Part shown: positions 18,511-26,412 of the stretch, piece by piece | Position numbering within the stretch: position 1 is the stretch's first letter | Layout: each line of letters opens with the position of its first letter | Source of the DNA: Planctomycetaceae bacterium UBA7805 | GTDB lineage: Bacteria > Planctomycetota > Planctomycetia > Pirellulales > UBA7805 | Assembly: GCA_002480485.1 (NCBI GenBank) | Contig: DLCF01000027.1 | Location: 9,936 to 73,935 of the forward strand | Direction: 5' to 3' | Length of the DNA: 64,000 nucleotides | The notes under the pieces: generated by a model | Seen by the model: the letters and a program-made list of their open reading frames with translations, nothing else | Told to the model about the DNA's origin: nothing | The model's database searches: none | Made by a program: the position numbers and the translations under genes

Positions 18511-21500
18511 ATGCTCTTTGACTATCAATACGCTCGTCTGGTCTTGTTTCCACTGCGTCACCGATCAATCATTTTTCTTCTGATGATGCTCGTCGTTTGG
18601 AATCCAGCAATCGCTCTAAGCAACAAACAAGACACTGAATTCACCCCACCGGAGATGCAGATTCCGGACGATTATGAGATCGAATTGGTGGCTGGTCCCC
18701 CGCTCGTCAAGCATCCGATGTTGGCAGCGTTTGACGATCGCGGACGCCTATTTGTTGCCGAAACCGATGGGGTCAATCTACGGAAAGAAGAATTACTCGA
18801 GGCTCGAAATCGATTCATTCGCATGTTGGAAGATACAGATGGCGATGGAAAGTTCGATAAAAGCACGATCTTTGCTGACAATATGATAATGCCAGAGGGG
18901 GCCTTGTGGCATGATGGTGCTCTGTATGTGATTTCAGCACCCTATCTCTGGCGATTGGAAGATACGGACGATGACGGCGTCGCCGACAAACGGGAAAAGT
19001 TGGTCGGTAAATTCGACTTCAACGGCAATCCAAATCTCACGGGACCGTATCTAGGTCCTTGTGGAAGAATTTATTTCACTGGCGGTGCTTTCGGTTACGA
19101 CCTGGAGGACGCCGGGGGTCAAAAACTCGGGGCCAGCTCGGCGGCTGGTGTTTTTTCCTGCAAGGCAGATGGAACCGATCTTCAAATTTTCGGCCAGGGA
19201 ACGATAAATCCCGTAGAGGTGATATTCAGCCCAGCAGGTGAACTTTTCACCACCGTTGCTATTTTTGACAACGAGGGCGGGCGGCATGATGCGTTGATGC
19301 ATTGGGTTGACGGATGCCTATCCAAACAGGTTTGGGGAAAGCCCCTGTTGCCGAAGACAGGACATCCGCTGCCGGCGGTCTGCCGCTGGGGACAGGTTGC
19401 ACCTGCCGGGTTGATGCGTTATCGCGGGGCTGGACTCTCCGACGAGTACAAAAATAATATTTTTGCCTGTCAATTCAACACGCATCAAGTCATGCGTGTT
19501 GAACTGGAACGCAACGGTGCTTCATTTCTGCCAACTCGTGACGAGCCTTGGATCACGAGCAGTGAAATGGATTTTCACCCGACCGACATTTTTGAGGATG
19601 CAGACGGCAGTCTCTTAATGATTGATACCGGGGGCTGGCTCTATTACGGATGTCCGACTTCGAAAATTGCCAAACCTAATATTTATGGAGCAATCTACCG
19701 ATTGCGACAAAAGGGAATGAAGAAAATAGATGATCCTCGTGGCAATAAACTAGACTGGAAGCAGGCACCAAGCCAGGAAATGGTGACGTGGCTTGATGAT
19801 CCACGCCCGGCGGTCCGTGATCGGGCGATCGACACGCTAGCCCGTCGCTCCGATGAGTCGGTCGGTGCCTTGACTGAAGTGGTTGAATCCCGCGAGAAGA
19901 ATTCTGCGACAACAATCCAACAACGGAGAAATGCCGTGTGGGCCCTTTCCCGCATCGGTAACGATGCCGCGAGGGACACGCTCCGTACCGCCTTGAGCGA
20001 TCCGGATGCCACCGTTCGACAAGCAGCCGTCCGCAGCCTCGGCATCCTGGCCGATGGGCCGGCAATCTTGAAGCTATGTCAGATACTACAAAGCGACACA
20101 CCCCCCGTGCGACGCGCGACGGCAACGGCTTTAGGGAAAATGAAGCACAAGGCTAAAGGGTCCACTTCATCGATCGTCGCCGCTTTGCTCAAGGGAATCG
20201 CAAGAGAGGATAACGACGACTATCTACTCCACGCGCAGACCTACGCGCTCATCCAGTTGAGGAATCCGGACGCGACAATGAAAGGTTTGGCGAGCGTAAA
20301 CCCGCGCGTTCAAAAGGCCGCCTTGCTTGCGTTGAATCAAATGCCCGACAGTCCTCTGGATCACCAAGATGTCATTGTGCTGCTCGACACCACCGATCCG
20401 GTACTCCGGACAACCGCAATCGAGGTGATTACTCAACACAAAGAGTGGGCTGAGAAAATTGCCGAGGTCGTTGCAGATTGGCTCGCTGATCCGAATCTAG
20501 ATCAAGAAAATCGTGCGTTAGCCAAAGCGGTGCTCACGACCTTCGCTGACGACTCGGATATTCAGCCTCTAATGGCAGCTGCCCTAGAGGCGGAGACAAC
20601 GGCAAGCGAAACGAAAATGCTGATACTGGATGCTGTTGCCGAAAGTAATTTGGAGGCTATGCCAGACACTTTCCTTGAAGGAATGCGGCAACTCACAGCG
20701 ACCAAAGATGCCGAGGTATTGCAACGCATAGTCAACTCCGTCGCGATGAAGGATACTGATAAACTGGACGACGCTCTAAGATCGATCTGTGAGTCAGACC
20801 AATTCGAGGATCCTCTCCGTGTATCGGCATTGGCCATCATTGCCCGACATGGAGGTGGACTGAGTGATGCCGACTTTGAACTTCTGGTCGACCAGTTTGA
20901 CGAGGAGGTGATTCCCCTCGATCGGATACGTGCTGCGACCGCGCTGGCCACTGCCGGGTTGACGCGCGAACAGACGTTGCGAGTAGCTGATCTCATGGGA
21001 ACCGTGGGGCCGCTTGAATTGCCTGTGCTTCTGGAGAGGTTCGAACGCGATTCAGCTCCGGTGGTGGTGAACGTCGACGTGCAACCGGCAAAGGCCAAAC
21101 TACACCGTGGCGTGGCTGCTTACCAGGATGAACCGCAAGAGCATCTTGCAGTCTGGAATAGTTGGGATCCAATGAATGGCAAAGGTTTTCTTTACCTGCG
21201 TGCCAGCGATGGTGCGTATAGCGGACTCTCGCTTAGCCCGATCGACGGAGCCGATTTACGGCCCTACAACATCAACCGATTCGATCGTTTGATTGGAGAT
21301 TTCGTCTACAACGGAATCGAAGGAGGGGGCGGTGCACATCAGTCTTTTGAAAACCATTTCACGATCAGCGGCTTTAAACCGGAACTAAAATACGACATTT
21401 TTTACTACGGATCAGCATATCCAAAGCCAAACGCGCGAGGCGCTGAAGTCACGCTGACCAGTGGTAACGGCTCGGAAACGCGTGAAATTCGTGGGCTGCA

Positions 21501-22296
21501 ACCTGAGAATAAACACTATGAAGAGGGCATTACTCACGCCAAATTCGAGCGAGTTAAGCCCCATGATGATGGGACCGTCGATATATCTTGGAAAAGTTTT
21601 CGTAATGACAAGGAAGGAAATTTTGGGATCTTGAACGGACTTACGATCGTGGCACCGGCGGATGCCGAGGGACGCAATCCAGAAATCGCGCACCGCATGC
21701 TTGATGGGATGAGCCAATCGACAGCGCTAAGCAGCCTTCAACCGGAACGGATTGAAAAATTAATCGCCCGTTTTCCGCAACATGTGATTGACAAGGGGAA
21801 GCCTCTTGTTGAAAAATTGCGTGTCAGTAATGAAAATCAGGCAAAGCATCTGGCTGAATTGATGCCTCATATCGGCAACGGTGATCCCCAGCGGGGCAAG
21901 GCGGTCTTCTTCGGAAACAAAGCGGCATGTCACACGTGTCATCGTGCTCACGGAAAAGGCGGTGAAGTCGGACCTGAACTTACTTTGATCGGTCGCATTC
22001 GCACCGATCGCGACCTGGCCGAATCGATCGTTTACCCCAGTTCCACCATTGCCAACGGGTATACAACCTTCTCGATTATAACCGGATCAGGGAGAGTATT
22101 TGATGGAGTGATCCACAAGGAAACATCCGACGCCATCCATCTGCGGATGGCAGATAAGCCTGAAGAAAAAATTGCCCGAGAAGATATCGAGGAGATGATC
22201 GCGCTGCCGACATCCGTGATGCCAAAGGGGCTGGAAAAAACGATCACACGCAGCGAGCTTAGCGATCTGATCGCTTATCTGCGAACACTTAAATAA
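18511..22296 (+). CDS. PVC-type putative membrane-bound dehydrogenase / HEAT-repeat / c-type cytochrome giant protein
   Basis: 1261 aa. The N-terminal beta-propeller-like domain typical of the Pirellula/Verrucomicrobium N-terminal dehydrogenase family (PMLAAFDDRGRLFVAE). HEAT repeats are present (PAVRDRAIDTLA, ATVRQAAVRSLG, PPVRRATATALG). The C-terminal heme site CHTCH lies at nt 21928-21942, followed by GPELT and PSS...G motifs. Confidence 0.85.
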   Translation: MLFDYQYARLVLFPLRHRSIIFLLMMLVVWNPAIALSNKQDTEFTPPEMQIPDDYEIELVAGPPLVKHPMLAAFDDRGRLFVAETDGVNLRKEELLEARNRFIRMLEDTDGDGKFDKSTIFADNMIMPEGALWHDGALYVISAPYLWRLEDTDDDGVADKREKLVGKFDFNGNPNLTGPYLGPCGRIYFTGGAFGYDLEDAGGQKLGASSAAGVFSCKADGTDLQIFGQGTINPVEVIFSPAGELFTTVAIFDNEGGRHDALMHWVDGCLSKQVWGKPLLPKTGHPLPAVCRWGQVAPAGLMRYRGAGLSDEYKNNIFACQFNTHQVMRVELERNGASFLPTRDEPWITSSEMDFHPTDIFEDADGSLLMIDTGGWLYYGCPTSKIAKPNIYGAIYRLRQKGMKKIDDPRGNKLDWKQAPSQEMVTWLDDPRPAVRDRAIDTLARRSDESVGALTEVVESREKNSATTIQQRRNAVWALSRIGNDAARDTLRTALSDPDATVRQAAVRSLGILADGPAILKLCQILQSDTPPVRRATATALGKMKHKAKGSTSSIVAALLKGIAREDNDDYLLHAQTYALIQLRNPDATMKGLASVNPRVQKAALLALNQMPDSPLDHQDVIVLLDTTDPVLRTTAIEVITQHKEWAEKIAEVVADWLADPNLDQENRALAKAVLTTFADDSDIQPLMAAALEAETTASETKMLILDAVAESNLEAMPDTFLEGMRQLTATKDAEVLQRIVNSVAMKDTDKLDDALRSICESDQFEDPLRVSALAIIARHGGGLSDADFELLVDQFDEEVIPLDRIRAATALATAGLTREQTLRVADLMGTVGPLELPVLLERFERDSAPVVVNVDVQPAKAKLHRGVAAYQDEPQEHLAVWNSWDPMNGKGFLYLRASDGAYSGLSLSPIDGADLRPYNINRFDRLIGDFVYNGIEGGGGAHQSFENHFTISGFKPELKYDIFYYGSAYPKPNARGAEVTLTSGNGSETREIRGLQPENKHYEEGITHAKFERVKPHDDGTVDISWKSFRNDKEGNFGILNGLTIVAPADAEGRNPEIAHRMLDGMSQSTALSSLQPERIEKLIARFPQHVIDKGKPLVEKLRVSNENQAKHLAELMPHIGNGDPQRGKAVFFGNKAACHTCHRAHGKGGEVGPELTLIGRIRTDRDLAESIVYPSSTIANGYTTFSIITGSGRVFDGVIHKETSDAIHLRMADKPEEKIAREDIEEMIALPTSVMPKGLEKTITRSELSDLIAYLRTLK

Positions 22297-22306
22297 TTGC
22301 CATCGA

Positions 22307-23245
22307 TTACAGTTTTGCTCCAGTCCCCCGTAGTTCGCGGGGCAGCGGAAAAGTCACCTCCTCGGTGCGAATACTCCGCTCATCGATCACCGCTCCGAAT
22401 GTTTTTTCTAGATAGCGGCAGACGTCTTGCACGAGTGATTCAGGTGCACTCGCACCGGCGGTAATCAACACCGTCTTCACATCTTCAAACCAACTGTCCT
22501 GGATATCGCCGACCCCGTCTATCAGCTTGGAAGGCGTTTGGCATTCCCGCCCGATGTCAGTCAGTCGCTGACTATTGGAACTATTCTGGCTGCCAATCAC
22601 CAGCACAAAATCGGCCTCATCGGCAAGAATACGCACGGCCTCTTGACGATTTTGCGTCGCGTAACAAATGTCATCTTTCGGGGGACCCTGAATCTCGGGA
22701 AACCGATCCCGAAGCCTCGAGATAACTCGATTCGCATCATCAACCGAAAGCGTTGTCTGCGTCAGATAAGCCAAATTCCCCGGCTCCGCTACCTGTAATC
22801 GGTCGACATCTTCCGGTGTCTCCACCAGAAGAATTGCCTCAGGAGCTTCACCCATCGTGCCAATCACTTCATCGTGTCCATCATGACCTATAAGGACAAT
22901 CGTGCGCCCCTGTTTGGCGTAGCGAATTGCCTCCAGGTGCACCTTAGTCACCAGCGGACAGGTCGCATCGATCGCACGTAAATCTCTCGCTTTGGCCTGT
23001 TGCCGTATTTCTGGGGATACACCGTGGGCCGAAAAGAGCAGGGTCGCACCTCGGGGAATGGTGGAAAGGTCTTCAAGAAAAATAACGCCCTCCGATTCAA
23101 AGTGTTCGACGACGAATTTATTGTGCACAATCTCGTGATAAACATAGATCGGTGGCGGAAAGGCATCAATTGCCATCCGCAGACTCTCGATTGCCATCTC
23201 CACACCCGCACAGAAACCTCGGGGTGCAGCCAGGATAATTTTCAT
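22307..23245 (-). CDS. ispH: 4-hydroxy-3-methylbut-2-enyl diphosphate reductase (IspH/LytB)
   Basis: MKIILAAPRGFCAGVEMAIE, SAHGVSP, DATCPLVTKVH, IGHDGHDEV, ICYATQNRQ and IGSQNSSNSQRL include the three Fe-S cysteines. ATG 23245 was chosen over the track start at 23341. Confidence 0.94.
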   Translation of the reverse strand: MKIILAAPRGFCAGVEMAIESLRMAIDAFPPPIYVYHEIVHNKFVVEHFESEGVIFLEDLSTIPRGATLLFSAHGVSPEIRQQAKARDLRAIDATCPLVTKVHLEAIRYAKQGRTIVLIGHDGHDEVIGTMGEAPEAILLVETPEDVDRLQVAEPGNLAYLTQTTLSVDDANRVISRLRDRFPEIQGPPKDDICYATQNRQEAVRILADEADFVLVIGSQNSSNSQRLTDIGRECQTPSKLIDGVGDIQDSWFEDVKTVLITAGASAPESLVQDVCRYLEKTFGAVIDERSIRTEEVTFPLPRELRGTGAKL

Positions 23246-23378
23246 GTCTACCTTCTTAAACACTTTCGCAACGGTTCCAGGCAGCGATATCGGCAACCAG
23301 TCGCCTCCGTTATCATAATCCAATCCGAATCGACGTACCATCGCTTCGCCACTGACACGGCAACCTCGCGTGACTTTA

Positions 23379-24242
23379 TCATGTGGGATGCTCGGGCCGT
23401 TTGACGGATAACCAGCGGCAGATCACCCCTCGGAGAAAACTGGCAAGGGTATCGGCGGCACAGAGTGACGCCTGTTGCTCGCGATACCAGTCGCGCGCGG
23501 TTCCCGGACGACGTAGCGTTCCGCCGATCAATGCCCCCAGTCTTCCAGATACAGAGGGCTGCTCACCCGATTGCCGAATCTCAATGGGGGTCTGATCGTC
23601 CAATCGCTGACGAACGACACGGATTACCAGGCACGGTATACCCGACACCGCACACGTCGTAGCAATACCCATCGAAGTCGTGTCTGCAACATCCGCTTGG
23701 TATCTGTCTGCCAGTGCTATTCGCGAATCTTTATCTTCCGGAATCTGACGGCATGTATGCACGGTCCCGACTGTGAAGGCGTCAGGTTGCGATGTAGCCG
23801 ATCGCACGTCGATCTTTATTCGCTGTCCGTTGTCATCGATCACTTGCGAGGCCACAAGCAACGCGTCCTGTTGCAGTACGGCCCGAAGCGCGACAGAAAA
23901 TCCTGCAGCGATAACCCAATTTGGCGTGTGTGCCTGAACCAAAGCCTCTGTTGCCCTCTTTGCAGCTATCGCATCACCTGCCACTTGAGCGATTAATACT
24001 CTACGACCCTCAAGGTTACCCCGAAACAGCCGAAATTCCTGAGTGTGGATACGCACAACGTCGGTCAAGCAGTCTAACATGGAGCCGGTTTGGGCTTTCT
24101 CGTCGAGCACGATTGCCACATCGACTGCATTGCGTTGCTCTGTCGATTGAGAAGAAACCGTCGCAGCATCCTTTGCACGCGAGGAAAATTGCGATTTCGC
24201 TTGCTGTAGCAAAACGTGCTGAATCCACTGTTTCCAAACCAT
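23379..24242 (-). CDS. Pfs/MTAN/HpnG-like (PNP_UDP_1 fold) protein with substituted catalytic positions
   Basis: Hand alignment to E. coli MTA/SAH nucleosidase is colinear: [11 protein letters not shown].. / IGIIGAMEEEV.., [23 protein letters not shown] / [35 protein letters not shown] / DVIINTGSAGGL, and [16 protein letters not shown]...[10 protein letters not shown] / QAIAVEMEATAIAHVC...VRAISDVADQ. The start is taken at ATG 24242 (MVWKQW); the track start is 24314. Confidence 0.55.
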   Translation of the reverse strand: [287 protein letters not shown]

Positions 24243-24347
24243 GATCCGGACCTTAGTTGACGCGTCAAAACCTACTTCCGGTACGCGGAAACCCACCATG
24301 CGATTAACGTGCAAGAGCAGGTGCGTCGAAAGCGGCCAAAGTAGATC

Positions 24348-26207
24348 TCAATCAACCACCGAAAGCAAATTCGCTCCACGGGCCGCAACTTGACCGCACC
24401 TGGTTCCATTATCATCGACTGAAACCCAGCGGCATAGGGCTCGCAGTACCGCACAACGGTGCGTCAGCGGAACGGAGATCGATGCCGGAACCTCATCATC
24501 GGCAATCGATACGCCAGCCTCCATCAAAAAGTTGATACCCTCCGAAACTGACGGGTGATCTCGAAACCCACAATCGATTAAACAAGTCAAAGATAGCGCC
24601 GTGTCGTAAAGTGAATAAGGCGCAACGTCACTTTGAGCCTCGCATGAATGAACAGCCCAAGCGCCACCTGGATACTGATTCGCAAGCAGCCAGCTCACCC
24701 CTTGCACAATCAAAGGATCCTGTGGATAGATTCCCATACTTCGGACGGCTGCAAGCACATGTGCTGTGACAGCTACCTGCTGAGCAACGCTGTTTGAAAT
24801 CCAGGATCCATCGGTCATTTGTCTGCGGCGAAGAAAACGAATCGCGTGGGCGACTGACTGGTGCCCCAAATCCAGTCCAGAGTATGACAATGCTTCGAGG
24901 ACTCGAGCGGTTACCAACGGACAGTGATCCCAACTCCCGTCACGGCTTTGCGCGGCCAGTAATATTTCCTGTCGAGCTGCAATGGTGCGGATCAACCATT
25001 CTGGCCAGGGATACCCGGCGGGAGCATCGAGTGCGTCCGGATCTGCAATCAAATGCATTTCGGGAGGTAGCGCATGATCATCACCGTCGGTTTCGCACAG
25101 CAGACATGCGGCCCTCAACACCGCCGCCTGCTCTGCGATGGACAACTCACCAAACGAGGCGATGGCCAATGGCTTTGACGCCTTTTTGATCGCAGGTGCG
25201 GATATTGATAATCCCGAAAATAACAGTGCCTCCAGGCAGGTGGCAGCCACCTCGAAATCTGCCGGCAACAACGCATCAATGCTTTCAGTCTTTAATCGCT
25301 TTAGCAATTGCTGCAGTTCGGTGCTGTGGCTGGATGATCCACTGGGCCCTTCCTTAATCATTGCCCGGTAAAAATGCTCTCGAAAACTTTGACGGCCGGT
25401 CGATCCCGCGGAAGATTTAGCATCAGAGGTTTGAAACGGGTTGCATTGTTTTATTTTTTTCCACAAACCATGAGTGAATAACCGCATAGCGTGGTGCAAT
25501 GTTCGGGACTTTGGTACCTCCAACGGCAACCAGGCCACGCATGTTTCCAAGGTAGCAAGTTGCCGATGTACTTTGCGTTGCATTAGCTCGGTCCAGAGAC
25601 CCTGTTCGGCGGACGAGAAATGCTTCGATTCGGTGACACTATCGGCTTCAAAGGGAAGTAGTCCATACAAGGCCAGATAGCCCCGTGCCAGTTGATTGAT
25701 TTTTTCGGATCTATTTGTCCCCAAATCAAACCGCCATGCCGGGATCATTGCTTCATCCGTGGGCGATATTCCGAACCGTCTCAATGCGAAATCGATCAGA
25801 AGCGTACTGCTCAATGTGTCTTTATCAACAGGCCCTGAGGTCAATCCTTCGCTGCAATCCTGTGCATCAATTAAGCGATCAACGCACTCTGAGAAAACTG
25901 GTTCTAACGATGGCTCCTCGTGCAATCCTAGCCAGTGACTACACAACATGAACTCGGCGATCGATTGCGGTGTTGTACCTCCGGTGCATACAAAAGATCC
26001 GGTTTCACTTTGCCGATCGACAATCGCTTGACGAAGTTGAAGAATCGTGCGACGCAGAGGCCCGGAGAGCTCATGGCAGGATGCAACCCTCAGCGATCCC
26101 TGTTGCCGCTCCAGGTGGTCAAAGTGAACCACCCTTGGTGTAAACGGCTCTTCGTGAATCGCTAAACGAAAGATCTTGAGAGGCTCAATCATGACTTGAC
26201 CATCCAT
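24348..26207 (-). CDS. Highly divergent squalene-hopene-cyclase-like / prenyltransferase-squalene oxidase repeat protein
   Basis: 619 aa. Three C-terminal QW-like motifs are present (ILLAAQSRDGSW, AIRFLRRRQMTDGSW, VSWLLANQYPGGAW). They are interleaved with alpha-alpha-barrel helices resembling SHC (VTARVLEAL, AVTAHVLAAV, LYDTALSLTCLI). An N-terminal SHC-like helix pair is present (QAIVDRQSETGSF...AEFML). A DGDD tetrad lies at aa 374-377 (nt 25077-25088). Confidence 0.55.
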   Translation of the reverse strand: MDGQVMIEPLKIFRLAIHEEPFTPRVVHFDHLERQQGSLRVASCHELSGPLRRTILQLRQAIVDRQSETGSFVCTGGTTPQSIAEFMLCSHWLGLHEEPSLEPVFSECVDRLIDAQDCSEGLTSGPVDKDTLSSTLLIDFALRRFGISPTDEAMIPAWRFDLGTNRSEKINQLARGYLALYGLLPFEADSVTESKHFSSAEQGLWTELMQRKVHRQLATLETCVAWLPLEVPKSRTLHHAMRLFTHGLWKKIKQCNPFQTSDAKSSAGSTGRQSFREHFYRAMIKEGPSGSSSHSTELQQLLKRLKTESIDALLPADFEVAATCLEALLFSGLSISAPAIKKASKPLAIASFGELSIAEQAAVLRAACLLCETDGDDHALPPEMHLIADPDALDAPAGYPWPEWLIRTIAARQEILLAAQSRDGSWDHCPLVTARVLEALSYSGLDLGHQSVAHAIRFLRRRQMTDGSWISNSVAQQVAVTAHVLAAVRSMGIYPQDPLIVQGVSWLLANQYPGGAWAVHSCEAQSDVAPYSLYDTALSLTCLIDCGFRDHPSVSEGINFLMEAGVSIADDEVPASISVPLTHRCAVLRALCRWVSVDDNGTRCGQVAARGANLLSVVD

Positions 26208-26283
26208 GCCGACAACGATGCACAGGTTCCATGCCTGAACAATTTCTCTCGCAAGGTAAATCCGAGGGCTACTTACAACTTAG

Positions 26284-26328
26284 GCCACCAATCCCTGCTT
26301 AATCAATATCAGGGAAAAAATTGGTGGC
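26284..26328. promoter_or_regulatory. Extended hairpin / inverted repeat in the divergent cyclase-like / C25 promoter region
   Basis: The outer 9 bp GCCACCAAT (26284-26292) pairs with ATTGGTGGC (26320-26328). The inner 5 bp CCCTG (26293-26297) pairs with CAGGG (26310-26314). There is a 12-nt loop and an A5 bulge. Confidence 0.3.
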
Positions 26329-26412
26329 AATCACCCATGGACTGCTATCGATCCGATAACCCCCTTTCGCTAGACTGTCGCCTCCAAACTGTAATTGACT
26401 CGCGCGATTTTT

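Noticed and set aside
20562-21098. 178-aa minus-strand ORF inside the PVC dehydrogenase-like gene
   Set aside because: It is a shadow ORF opposite the HEAT-repeat region with no independent support.
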